DNA of 64,000 nt from Candidatus Bathyarchaeota archaeon (GTDB lineage: Archaea > Thermoproteota > Bathyarchaeia > 40CM-2-53-6). This document shows, piece after piece, positions 10,125-19,791 of this stretch; position 1 is the stretch's first letter; the number at the start of each line of letters is the position of its first letter. The notes under the pieces were generated by a model that had not been told where the DNA came from, did not search any database, and saw only the letters and a program-made list of their open reading frames with translations. The stretch lies in NCBI GenBank assembly GCA_963726255.1, contig CAVSBL010000002.1, positions 1,312,001 to 1,376,000 of the forward strand, read 5' to 3'. The translations under genes and the position numbers were made by a program.

Positions 10125-10502
10125 ATGGGAAGAACAAAATGGAAAACTCATCCGAGCACGCCCACCCGCCGCGTCAGAATATTCCCTTACCTAACGGACT
10201 CGGAGGCAGACGAGTTAGAGCGAGCCGCGCGAGAGAGTGGAGCATGCTCACGGGGCTTAGTGATCACCGAAGCCGTGAAGACCGGCCTCCTAGGCCCCAG
10301 AGTCAAACTTAGCCGGGAGAGAAGGCATAGAAAAATCGGCGTCTGGATCCCACGCCGGACCGCCGCCGAGCTCAAGCAACTCGCCCACGAACACAACCTA
10401 ACACTCACACGCCTCCTGAGACACTTCCTACTCCAATACTTAGCAGAAGCCCCGTGGAGAAACAACCACGACCCGAAGACACAGGAGGCCGCGGCCCCAT
10501 GA
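10125..10502 (+). CDS. Tandem ribbon-helix-helix DNA-binding protein
   Basis: Two RHH-like units (RVRIFPYLTDSEADELERAARE; KIGVWIPRRTAAELKQLAHE); start could be 10083. Confidence 0.6.
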   Translation: MGRTKWKTHPSTPTRRVRIFPYLTDSEADELERAARESGACSRGLVITEAVKTGLLGPRVKLSRERRHRKIGVWIPRRTAAELKQLAHEHNLTLTRLLRHFLLQYLAEAPWRNNHDPKTQEAAAP

Positions 10503-10906
10503 AAATAAAACTCGTTGGAGGCCCACCGGCGAAGGTAGAGAAGCAGGAGCTACTCACCAAGAAAGACGTCCCCGAGTACGAACGAACTAAGAACGCGTTA
10601 GTCAAAGTGCTGGAGAAGGCGGGAGGATACGAACCGGCCATAGACGACATACTCATCGACCAGATCGCCCGAAGCGCAATACAAGCGAAAAACCTGGAAG
10701 TATTCCTCGACTCGAAGCGGTCAACGGTTGACACGTACTCGGTCGTGGCCGACAGCAAATTGAAACTGATGAAGATCATCGAGAACCTAACCCGAGAACT
10801 AGCGCTCAGCCGCCGCGACAGACTAGGCAAGCAAACCCAATCCGACATCATGGAGCAAATCAGCGTAGCCATAGGGGAGGAGGCCCCGAAGCATGGAGAA
10901 CAGTGA
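10499..10906 (+). CDS. Putative terminase small subunit
   Basis: Helical protein with DDILIDQIAR and ELALSRRDRL (P27-type TerS-like); translationally coupled between RHH and TerL. Confidence 0.6.
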   Translation: MKIKLVGGPPAKVEKQELLTKKDVPEYERTKNALVKVLEKAGGYEPAIDDILIDQIARSAIQAKNLEVFLDSKRSTVDTYSVVADSKLKLMKIIENLTRELALSRRDRLGKQTQSDIMEQISVAIGEEAPKHGEQ

Positions 10907-12224
10907 ACGCCTCAAACGGTACGCGCAACTCTACCACAAGACCCTACAGGATCCCGTTGAGTTCGCGAGAACATTCCTACACTTCCAACCCTACCCATAC
11001 CAGGAGAAATTCCTACGTGACAATTCCACGCTTACTGCCGCCTGCTGCGGCCGACAGGTTGGAAAAACAACCCTAGCCGCGATCGTAGCCCTACACTTCG
11101 CCCTCGCAAAGAACCATGTGCGAATTCTAATCGTCAGCGCAGGCTTACGGCAGAGCATAATACTCTTCGACAAAATCCTCGATGACACGGAAACCGCTAT
11201 CCCCGCGAAAGCCCTTTTGACTTACAGGACAAGAACGAAAGTTCGGTTCAGTAACGGATCAGAGATCGTAGCCTTACCCTGCGGAAGGGAAGGGTCGACC
11301 CTACGGGGCCAAACGGCGGATATGGCCATTCTGGACGAGGCAAATTTCATTCCCAGAATTGTCATTGACTCTGTGGTTAGGCCGTGGATGATTACGCGGC
11401 CAGGGGCCAGGCTGATCATGATTTCCACGCCGTGGACGAGGGACCACCCATTCTATGAAGCCCTTAGCAAGCCTGAGCTGGGATTCAAAACCTACAACTG
11501 GCCGAGCGCCATGAACCCGACGGTTACCAAAGAAAAGTTGGAGCTGGAGAGGAGAACCATCGGTGATTTTGCTTTCAACCGTGAATACAACGCCGTATTC
11601 ATGGACGACCAATTCAGCTTCCTGCCCAGCGAGTTGGTGTTAAGCTGCACGGACGGCAGATATGCGCTAAACAACGATCCACTCCAAGCCGAAAAGTACC
11701 GGGGGCAATTCCTGATTGGCATAGATTTCGGGAAGCACGCCGACCATTCCGCAATCGCCATCCTAGAGAAGGTTGGCGATAACCTTCGCCTCGTCTACCT
11801 CATTGAACTGCCGCTGGAGACCCCCTACACCGCGGTAATAGGCACTGTGAGGCGGCTGCACGAGGCGTACGCCTTTGCGGCGGGCTGCCTCGACAAGACG
11901 GGAGTGGGTGAAGGACCCTACGAAGAGATCAAACAATTCATGCGAATTGAAGGCGTCACCCTAACCGCGCAAATAAAGGAAGACATCATGGGCAAACTGA
12001 AACTCACCTTAGAGCAGGGCAGACTCACCCTCCCAAGGGACAACACACAACTCCTAGTCCAGATGACCGAGCAACAATGCGAAACCACCAAGTCCGGGAC
12101 GTTGAAGTTCAACCACCCAGCCGGCACGCATGACGATCAATTGTGGAGCCTCGCACTGGCCATCTACGCATCAACACAACAGCAGACCCGACCGAACTTC
12201 AAGCCAATCACTCGATACTTCTGA
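10893..12224 (+). CDS. Terminase large subunit (ATPase plus RNase H-like nuclease)
   Basis: PYQ motif, Walker A GRQVGKTT, Walker B ILDEA, ISTP, nuclease IGIDFG/DHSA/LDKTG/HDD. Confidence 0.92.
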   Translation: MENSERLKRYAQLYHKTLQDPVEFARTFLHFQPYPYQEKFLRDNSTLTAACCGRQVGKTTLAAIVALHFALAKNHVRILIVSAGLRQSIILFDKILDDTETAIPAKALLTYRTRTKVRFSNGSEIVALPCGREGSTLRGQTADMAILDEANFIPRIVIDSVVRPWMITRPGARLIMISTPWTRDHPFYEALSKPELGFKTYNWPSAMNPTVTKEKLELERRTIGDFAFNREYNAVFMDDQFSFLPSELVLSCTDGRYALNNDPLQAEKYRGQFLIGIDFGKHADHSAIAILEKVGDNLRLVYLIELPLETPYTAVIGTVRRLHEAYAFAAGCLDKTGVGEGPYEEIKQFMRIEGVTLTAQIKEDIMGKLKLTLEQGRLTLPRDNTQLLVQMTEQQCETTKSGTLKFNHPAGTHDDQLWSLALAIYASTQQQTRPNFKPITRYF

Positions 12225-12267
12225 CACCAGCCCAAAAGAACCCGTCGTCACCGCTCACTGAATCTCA

Positions 12268-12558
12268 TTAGTCTTTGTAGATTCCTCGCCTGTGTCCAGC
12301 CGCATGCAGTACGACGGTATGGCTCGCTTCGTTTACAGTGTAGATGATTCTGAAGTCACCTACTCGCAAAGAGTAGAATCCATCCAATTGCCCACGAAGA
12401 TTCTTCCCGACGCGTGGATTGTCTGTTAATAATTCAACAGCCTGAAGTATGCGCTGAATGGTGATTTTGTCCAGTTTGCGCAGAGCTTTCAAGAAGCCTG
12501 GGGTCGATAAAATACTATAGCCTGCCTTCCTTTCGGAGTTCCCTTTTGAGTTGCTCAA
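12268..12558 (-). CDS. relE: RelE/ParE family toxin
   Basis: FLKALRKLD...LRGQLDGFYSLRVGDFRIIY...GHRRGIY. Confidence 0.9.
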   Translation of the reverse strand: MSNSKGNSERKAGYSILSTPGFLKALRKLDKITIQRILQAVELLTDNPRVGKNLRGQLDGFYSLRVGDFRIIYTVNEASHTVVLHAAGHRRGIYKD

Positions 12559-12721
12559 TTGTGTAGAACCTGCCCATTTTCACATCTCTCTGTGACTCTC
12601 TGATGGACTTCATCAACGCCTTATCCCGCAGAACTTCCTCCGTCTCCAATAGTTCGTCGAGGAGATGCCTCGTTTCTAGAAGTAACTTCCTGTCCTGTGT
12701 CGAAAGCAAAGATTTCGCCAA
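12515..12721 (-). CDS. Cognate antitoxin (RelB/Phd C-terminal-like)
   Basis: LLETEEVLRDKALMKSIRESQRDVKMGR; overlaps and precedes the toxin. Confidence 0.8.
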   Translation of the reverse strand: MAKSLLSTQDRKLLLETRHLLDELLETEEVLRDKALMKSIRESQRDVKMGRFYTIEQLKRELRKEGRL

Positions 12722-13035
12722 GCCTTCGTGACCTCACGGCAGTTTGTCAGTATCCCATTATTTAAGGGCAAGTAGCTATGAACCTCAAACGTAGCAAAAC
12801 TAAGTCTTGCGCAATCGGGCCTCGATGTTTCTGACATCAGCCGAGAACCTACGGAGACCACGGAACCCCGCTCTCAAGGCGAATACGACCATATCCAGCT
12901 TCCTTCAGCCCAACGCGATGAAGCGCGCGACCTAGCTCTATGGAGATTTAACTGGCGGGCTTGCTTTCTGTGCGGGTTCGACCGGAAGTGTTAAGCTGAG
13001 CTATGCCACTGCTATAAATCGCATAGGCGTTACTT

Positions 13036-13806
13036 ATGGCTAGGGCCCTCGACGCAGACAGGGCAACAAGACTTCCGCGCATAGTCCGGGAGTTAGGGCG
13101 GGGGGCTTCGTTCGGGAATATACTGATGGAGGCTGCGCGCGAGGGTGTTCTGAGAAGGCATGAAACGTTGCGGCGTTACCTTGACCTCCTAGTAATGGGC
13201 GGGGTCCTAAGTGTACGGTTACGTGACGTTGGTTCCGTTAAGCGACAGCAGCTCTACACCGTCAAATCCATCCGGCCCAAGATTACTGTTGGCCTAGCGG
13301 TACTCGGAAGGCACGGCTTGAATTGGGATGTCCCGGAGAACGAGATGCGGCGCATTTCCACTGACTTCGAGGGCCTCGCCCGTGCCGTGGCCTTCGATCA
13401 TACCTTAATGGGATCACTGGAAGATTCACTCGTTCATGAATTATGCAGGGATGCGAAGAAAAATACGGGCGCAGTCTCTTTCGTTGTGGCGATGCTAGCA
13501 ACTCGAACGGTGGACCTGCCATACATACTGAAACGCGCCGACGAATTGCATGCGGGCGTTGCCATGCGACGAATATTCATTCGAATACTGAAGACCACGT
13601 CATCCATCGAGACGGAGGTAGGTGCTTCTATTTTTTTCGCGGTGCGGAACCGTTTCCTGAATATCGCAAGACAGTACTCCCGGTCCGGTTTTTGGAAGCT
13701 TGTACAGTCGAAGGGAGTTGGCCAGTTAGGCCTCGGCATCGTTGAAGGCGTGAATGATTATGATATTGTCCTGTCCGCCGGCAAACAACTCGGGGTGACG
13801 GGTTGA
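13036..13806 (+). CDS. N-terminal wHTH protein (AbiEi-like putative antitoxin)
   Basis: HETLRRYLDLLVMGGVLSV wHTH; stop codon abuts the NTase gene. Confidence 0.55.
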   Translation: MARALDADRATRLPRIVRELGRGASFGNILMEAAREGVLRRHETLRRYLDLLVMGGVLSVRLRDVGSVKRQQLYTVKSIRPKITVGLAVLGRHGLNWDVPENEMRRISTDFEGLARAVAFDHTLMGSLEDSLVHELCRDAKKNTGAVSFVVAMLATRTVDLPYILKRADELHAGVAMRRIFIRILKTTSSIETEVGASIFFAVRNRFLNIARQYSRSGFWKLVQSKGVGQLGLGIVEGVNDYDIVLSAGKQLGVTG

Positions 13807-14532
13807 ATGAACAGGCCGAAGGAGATTCGAGCCGCCCCAAGAGAATGGATGGCAATTCTTCGTTATGCGTACCCATTCCTGCGAGAGCAACAATCCGTTG
13901 GCGACCTGCTCCTTTTTGGTTCCCAAGTGCTATCTTTCCACATGAAGAACCCACTGCGAAGCAAGGACCTCAACTTTCTTTCCTCCCAGGTCGGTTTGCG
14001 CCAAATGGATACCTTGGCGGAAAGGCTTTCGACTCTAGAAAATGTGCAGTATAAGGCGACTTCAGTTCAGACGAAGACATTCGACGGAAGAAAGATGACG
14101 ACTTACGCAATAGAATTGAGGATCAATAGGAAGCCGTTTTTCGTTGAGTTGTTCGACAGCGTTCTGGATGGGCGACCCCTCTCCGTCCTTCAACCTTTTG
14201 TCGAGCTGAAAGAGCGATGGGGTTTGGAAGTTTGGTTGCCGAACCGTGAAGCCACACTCGCCCTCCGCCTCGCTTTCAGACCCCCCGAGGGAATATCACG
14301 CCTCAACGCCCTGCGCCTAAACGGCTTCATCAAGGAGAACCATCGAAGACTCGATTTCCCACAGGTACGGTCGATTCTAACAGAATGGGGAATAGTGAAC
14401 TGGGTCGAGAGAAACCTAACAGAACTCTACCAACGAAATAGGATAAGGATTCAAGACGACCGGAAAATAATCCCTGAGATTGAACAGAAGCTTAAACACT
14501 CAGGTAAGAGCACAAAACCCAGACCGAAATAG
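13807..14532 (+). CDS. Divergent nucleotidyltransferase-fold protein (AbiEii-like)
   Basis: LLFGSQ...RSKDLNF, VELFD, LPNREATLALRL. Confidence 0.6.
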   Translation: MNRPKEIRAAPREWMAILRYAYPFLREQQSVGDLLLFGSQVLSFHMKNPLRSKDLNFLSSQVGLRQMDTLAERLSTLENVQYKATSVQTKTFDGRKMTTYAIELRINRKPFFVELFDSVLDGRPLSVLQPFVELKERWGLEVWLPNREATLALRLAFRPPEGISRLNALRLNGFIKENHRRLDFPQVRSILTEWGIVNWVERNLTELYQRNRIRIQDDRKIIPEIEQKLKHSGKSTKPRPK

Positions 14533-14814
14533 GCGGATGCCGTTCTAGTTCATAGGATTAATCTAATTCCCTACGCCGTTCTACTCGCGGCGAATTCCGA
14601 TAAATTATAACTCTAAAAGTTCAGCACACTTCCAATCATAATTTCAAACCGGCGAACAATCCGCCTTCAAACTAGAACGAAAGAAAATTCTAAATCGAGA
14701 ATGTCAGTGAGCATTGAAAACAAGATTGGCCGAAGTGTTGTGATAACCTCATAGTCAGATCCACGAATAACATTATCAAAGCAGTCCGGGGGTCCATCGT
14801 TCATCGTCACTGAG

Positions 14815-15861
14815 CTAGGACTTGCTTTTGATCTGGTCGACAATTTTCTCAGCAACATTCACCGTGTATTCAATGTCATTTTTCTCTATTCCGCGATGAG
14901 TAACCATCCTTACTCGACCAGCATCAACCGCATCGGCCTTTATTCCATATTCGTGCATCCTTGCAACCCATCCTTCAGCGTCCAGCCCTAATCCGCTAAT
15001 ATCGTAGATGACAATGTTCGTCTGCACCCGTGAAGGGTTTATCGAGACCCCTAGTCTCGCGAGGCCGGTAGCCAGAGTTTTCGCATTAACATGATCATCT
15101 CCTAGACGATCTACCATTTTTTCCAGTGCAATTATTCCACAAGCGGCGATTATTCCCGCTTGCCTCATTCCGCCACCAAGCATTTTTCGGTATTTTCTGG
15201 CGCGATCGATGAAATCATGGTCGCCCACAACCATGGATCCAATTGGTGCACTCAAGCCTTTCGAGAGGCAAAACATCAAGGTATCTACATATTGCGTGAA
15301 TTCACGCGGGTCCAAGCTTTGGGCAACTGCGGCGTTGAATATCCTAGCGCCGTCCATGTGAACGCTCAATCCCTGACTCTTCGCGAAATCGTATACTGCT
15401 TTAGTCTGAGAAGGTGTCCACATCGCTCCTCCAGCACGGTTATGAGTATTTTCGATGCATACCAAGCTGGTTGGTGGAAAGTGAATGTCTTTTGGCCTCA
15501 GGGCTGCTTCTATGTCTTCTGGCGTCATAACTCCCATGTTGCCTTTGACGAGGCGAGGCACTAGGCCTCCTAGGATTGAGAATGCGCCTAACTCATAGTA
15601 GTATATGTGGGCTTCGCGCTCCAGTATCACCTCGTCACCACGTTTCGTTTGGCTCATTAAGCTTACTAGGTTCGCCTGGGTTCCGCTCGTCGTCAGTAGG
15701 GCGGCCTCTTTGCCCATCTTCTCAGCAGCAAGTTCCTCTAGGCGGTTGACCGTAGGATCTTCCCTGTAGACGTCGTCACCTAACTTTGCAGTCCTGATCG
15801 CATCAAGCATCTCTTCAGTCGGGAGTGTGACGGTGTCGCTTCTGAGATCAATCACGCGCAT
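14815..15861 (-). CDS. ltaE: Low-specificity L-threonine aldolase
   Basis: DLRSDTVT, GDDVY, SGTQAN, ENTHN, HMDGARIFNA, CLSKGL, GGGMRQ. Confidence 0.95.
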   Translation of the reverse strand: MRVIDLRSDTVTLPTEEMLDAIRTAKLGDDVYREDPTVNRLEELAAEKMGKEAALLTTSGTQANLVSLMSQTKRGDEVILEREAHIYYYELGAFSILGGLVPRLVKGNMGVMTPEDIEAALRPKDIHFPPTSLVCIENTHNRAGGAMWTPSQTKAVYDFAKSQGLSVHMDGARIFNAAVAQSLDPREFTQYVDTLMFCLSKGLSAPIGSMVVGDHDFIDRARKYRKMLGGGMRQAGIIAACGIIALEKMVDRLGDDHVNAKTLATGLARLGVSINPSRVQTNIVIYDISGLGLDAEGWVARMHEYGIKADAVDAGRVRMVTHRGIEKNDIEYTVNVAEKIVDQIKSKS

Positions 15862-15879
15862 GCCGATCCACCTGTTTCT

Positions 15880-16887
15880 CTAAGACCTGATGATATTGTA
15901 AGTCTCTTGCGGGAAAAAGCAGGCCACTGAATGACCTTCCCGTATCTTTTCCAGGTCAGGGTGCTTCGCAGTGCAGAGAGGTTGAGCGAATGGACATCTC
16001 GGGCTGAATCTGCATCCAGAAGGCGGATTGATTGCACTCGAAATTTCACCTTTCGCTATTAGTCCTTGAGAAACGTTGTCTGGGTCAGGCACAGGTACCG
16101 CTGAGAGAAGACAGATCGTGTAGGGATGCAATGGTTTCGTGTATAGTTCTTCTCTTGAAGCGATTTCGACGATTTCTCCCATGTACATTATTGCGATTGT
16201 ATCCGATATTTCCTTCGCAACCGCGAGATCGTGAGTGATGAAGAGGTATGTGAGGTCGAATTCCTCTTTCAGTTTAGTCATCAACTCCAGAATTGACGAC
16301 CTGAGAGACACGTCTATCATTGAGACAGGTTCGTCCGCAACAACAAGATCTGGATGCAGTATGATTGCTCGGGCTATAGCTACCCTCTGTCGCTGCCCTC
16401 CGCTCATGTTCCTGGGATACAGGTCGAAGAAATCACTAGGAGGCGTGAGACCAACCTTTTCCAGCATCTGAAGTCCCAATTGTCTTCTCTCAGAAGCGTT
16501 CGATATTCCATGGATCCGTAGCGGGTCTGAGACGGCGTCGCCGATTCTTTGGCGCGGGTCAAGCGAAGCATAGGGATCTTGGAAGATCATCTGCATCCGT
16601 CTTCGGAATATTCGTAGTGCCTCCCGTTTCATGGTAGTCACGTCTGTTCCACCCAGAAACACATGCCCCTCGGTTGGCTCGACAAGTCGGAGAATTGTCT
16701 TCCCAGTGGTTGTCTTTCCGCAGCCACTCTCGCCAGCCAGAGTCATCACTCGCCCTTTTTCTATGGTGAAAGAGACGTCGTCTACTGCACGAACGTAATC
16801 CCTTGCTCTCGAAACCAACCTCTGCAGTGCGCCCTTCTGGACGGGGAAGTATTTTTTGAGGCCGACTATTCTTACAAACGCGTCCAA
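15880..16887 (-). CDS. oppF: Oligopeptide ABC transporter ATPase
   Basis: GESGCGKT, SGGQRQR, HPYT, GCRFSPRCP. Confidence 0.92.
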   Translation of the reverse strand: MDAFVRIVGLKKYFPVQKGALQRLVSRARDYVRAVDDVSFTIEKGRVMTLAGESGCGKTTTGKTILRLVEPTEGHVFLGGTDVTTMKREALRIFRRRMQMIFQDPYASLDPRQRIGDAVSDPLRIHGISNASERRQLGLQMLEKVGLTPPSDFFDLYPRNMSGGQRQRVAIARAIILHPDLVVADEPVSMIDVSLRSSILELMTKLKEEFDLTYLFITHDLAVAKEISDTIAIMYMGEIVEIASREELYTKPLHPYTICLLSAVPVPDPDNVSQGLIAKGEISSAINPPSGCRFSPRCPFAQPLCTAKHPDLEKIREGHSVACFFPQETYNIIRS

Positions 16888-16896
16888 GTTTGATCA

Positions 16897-17859
16897 CTAA
16901 GTGTACAAGAAACACCGTACCGTCCGCCCATCGCTTCGCTTTGTAAGCACTGGAACGTCCCTTCTGCAGATTTCCTTGGCAAAGGCGCATCTAGGATGAA
17001 ATCTACAGCCTTGCGGAGGATTGGTCATGTCTGGACTTGTTCCTTCGATGAAACTGGACTTGCCAGATACGAGTCGTATGTTTGGTGTGGACTTCAACAA
17101 ACCCTGTGTGTAGGGATGAAGTGGATCCGTCGCGATCTGCCTTCTATTACCATGTTCAACAAGTTGCCCTGCGTACATGATTGCAACATTATCACACCTT
17201 TCGATCACAGCAGCCAAGTCGTGGGTGATGAGTATTAGAGTCAAACCATACTTCGTCCGGAGATCTGACAACAAATCCAAGACACGCGCTTGCACAATGA
17301 CATCTAACGCCGTGGTTGGTTCATCCGCGATAATCACGCGTGAGTTGACGCAAATTGCCAAGGCTATCATCACCCTCTGCCTCATGCCGCCACTGAACTG
17401 ATGCGGAAAATCCTGGAAGCGTTCAGAACCTATGCCGACGAGGTCAAGAGTTCTCTTCGCTCGCGTAATTGCTTCACCTCTTGTTATGTGCTCATGCCAG
17501 CGGACGGTTTCGACAATTTGGTCTCCGATCTTCATGAGCGGGTCAAGCGACATCATTGGATCTTGGAAAACCATACTCAGTTCGCGTCCTCTAAGCCGAC
17601 GCATCTGAGCATCTGAGAGTCTCAAAGTATCAATGCCGTCGAAGAGGATGGAGCCCTCTACAATGCGACCGGGTGAGGGTACGAGTCTAAGAATGGAAAG
17701 TCCGAGCGTGGATTTTCCAGATCCTGACTCACCAACGAGACCCAGAAACTCACTTTTGCTTACCGAAAGTGTCACGTCGTCAACAGCCTTCACGATTCCT
17801 CTAGAAATCGGATAGTAAGTCTTCAGACCTTTAATTGCGAGAATGTCCTGGGAGTTCAC
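16897..17859 (-). CDS. oppD: Oligopeptide ABC transporter ATPase
   Basis: GESGSGKS, FSGGMRQR, DEPTTALD. Confidence 0.92.
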   Translation of the reverse strand: MNSQDILAIKGLKTYYPISRGIVKAVDDVTLSVSKSEFLGLVGESGSGKSTLGLSILRLVPSPGRIVEGSILFDGIDTLRLSDAQMRRLRGRELSMVFQDPMMSLDPLMKIGDQIVETVRWHEHITRGEAITRAKRTLDLVGIGSERFQDFPHQFSGGMRQRVMIALAICVNSRVIIADEPTTALDVIVQARVLDLLSDLRTKYGLTLILITHDLAAVIERCDNVAIMYAGQLVEHGNRRQIATDPLHPYTQGLLKSTPNIRLVSGKSSFIEGTSPDMTNPPQGCRFHPRCAFAKEICRRDVPVLTKRSDGRTVRCFLYT

Positions 17860-17866
17860 TTGGCTG

Positions 17867-18712
17867 CTATCCGTGGCTGGTCATCTCGTTGAGTCCATCT
17901 CCCAGAAGGCTGAACCCTATGGCGAGCAGAAGTATCATCAAGCCGGGGAACGTTATGAGCCACCAAGATCCTGACGGAAGAAACGATTGGCCCGCTCGAA
18001 GATCGTATCCCCAGTCCGGTGTGGGCGCGGTTACGCTGAGGCCGAAGAAGCTGAGACCAGCTTCTGTCAGTATGGCGTCAGCCACATTGAGGGAAAAGAC
18101 AACGATGAGGGTTGGAAGAACGTTGGGCAATATGTGACTGAACAGAATGGTACGAGTCTTAGCCCCGATTGATCGAACTGCTTCGATATACCGTTGTTCC
18201 TTTATTGAAAGCGTGTGCCCTCTTATCATTCTGAAGTAAGTTGGAATGTAGACGATCGCTATAGCTACGGCTACGTTGGCTATTCCTGGGCCGAGAACGG
18301 CCGCCATTGCTATCGCGATTATTAGACCAGGGAAAACGTAGATACTGTCCATAACGACGCTAAGTGATCGGTCAACGCCTCCTCCGAGATACCCTGAGAG
18401 AAGGCCAAGCGGCATTCCACAGATCATCGACAGGAATGTCGATAAGAGAACCACGATTAGAATGGTCCTTCCACCATACAGGATTCTGCTATAGAGATCG
18501 TAACCGAGGGTGTTAGTGCCCATCGGATGAGCTATAGACGGAGGAACCATTGATAATCCGACTGGTTGAGTCGGACTATATTTCGTAAGCAAGGGCGCGA
18601 ATATTGATAAAAAGACGATGAATCCGACAATTGCGGAGCCAGCGATAACCAGTCCTCTTCCCTGACCTTTCGGTAATATGGTTGTCAGCCACCTTGAGAA
18701 CTCTAAAGTCAC
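17867..18712 (-). CDS. oppC: Oligopeptide ABC permease
   Basis: HPMGT..G.DLYSRILYG, EAA-loop, EAGLSFFGL, PDWG. Confidence 0.92.
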   Translation of the reverse strand: MTLEFSRWLTTILPKGQGRGLVIAGSAIVGFIVFLSIFAPLLTKYSPTQPVGLSMVPPSIAHPMGTNTLGYDLYSRILYGGRTILIVVLLSTFLSMICGMPLGLLSGYLGGGVDRSLSVVMDSIYVFPGLIIAIAMAAVLGPGIANVAVAIAIVYIPTYFRMIRGHTLSIKEQRYIEAVRSIGAKTRTILFSHILPNVLPTLIVVFSLNVADAILTEAGLSFFGLSVTAPTPDWGYDLRAGQSFLPSGSWWLITFPGLMILLLAIGFSLLGDGLNEMTSHG

Positions 18713-18722
18713 ACTAGTTCAC

Positions 18723-19763
18723 CTAGAATCTAATCCGAGGATCTATGAGTGCGTAGACGACGTCTACAATCAAGCTCACAATGGATATCATAATCGCGAA
18801 GATTACTACGGTTCCTTGAAGGCTGTTGTAATCTCGGTAGGTAATTCGGTCAATTAGGAAACTCCCTATGCCAGGCCAACTGAACGTTGTCTCAGTCAGC
18901 ACTGCTCCCGTCAAGAGCATAGCAAACTCAAGCCCCATCATGGTTAGGATGGGGATGAAGGCATTCTTCAACGCATGTTTCATTACAACTCTCTCTGGAA
19001 GCCCTCTTGCCCTTATTGCAGTAATGAAGTCCTGTGAGAGCACTTCAAGCACTGAGTTCCTCGAAAGCCTACAGAAAACGCCCGAGAGCATAATTCCAAG
19101 AATAAGTGAAGGAAGAATTAGGTGACGAACAGCACTGTACAATCCCACCCAGTTTCCGGTCAGAACACTGTCCAAAACGTACAGACCGGTGATTCGCTGA
19201 ATGTCAATACCTGGGTCGATTCTTCCTGCAACCGGGAGCAAGTGTAGGTTAACAGCGAACAACATTTGCGTGAGCATTCCTATCCATGGAATGAAGAGAG
19301 CATAAGCCACAATACCGTAAATACGCAGGGCGTGATCGACGACTGTTCCTCGCTTCAACGCAGAGAGTACCCCCGCGCAAAGGCCAATGACTATGCTAAT
19401 GATGAATCCCCATATGGTCAGTTCCAGTGTTGCAGGCAGATACAGCTCAACTTCAACCATGACAGGCTGTCTGCCCCAAATGAGAGAGTTACCAAGGTCT
19501 CCTCGGAACACTCCTACTACATAGTTCAGGAACTGTATGTAGAGCGGAATCGGATTGCCGTTCGCATCAACTAGGCCTAACGCATGACGTAACTCTAAGA
19601 TAGTTTTTTCCGGGGCATACATACCCGCTATCGAGCGAACTGGATCCCCCGGCATAACATGAGTGATTAGGAAAACAAGGGTAAGCAGTACCAAGATTGT
19701 AGGAATAGTGAGGATGAGGCGCATCAACAGAAAGGATCTGAGTGAGCCCAAGCGCCATGGCAT
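18723..19763 (-). CDS. oppB: Oligopeptide ABC permease
   Basis: PGDP, GDLG, RARGL, HALKNA, ETTFSWPGIG, DPRIRF. Confidence 0.92.
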   Translation of the reverse strand: MPWRLGSLRSFLLMRLILTIPTILVLLTLVFLITHVMPGDPVRSIAGMYAPEKTILELRHALGLVDANGNPIPLYIQFLNYVVGVFRGDLGNSLIWGRQPVMVEVELYLPATLELTIWGFIISIVIGLCAGVLSALKRGTVVDHALRIYGIVAYALFIPWIGMLTQMLFAVNLHLLPVAGRIDPGIDIQRITGLYVLDSVLTGNWVGLYSAVRHLILPSLILGIMLSGVFCRLSRNSVLEVLSQDFITAIRARGLPERVVMKHALKNAFIPILTMMGLEFAMLLTGAVLTETTFSWPGIGSFLIDRITYRDYNSLQGTVVIFAIMISIVSLIVDVVYALIDPRIRF

Positions 19764-19791
19764 TCCAAGAAAAAGGATGGGCTGGCTGACC

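Noticed and set aside
10083-12224. Complete provirus
   Set aside because: No recognisable portal, capsid, tail, integrase or att pair
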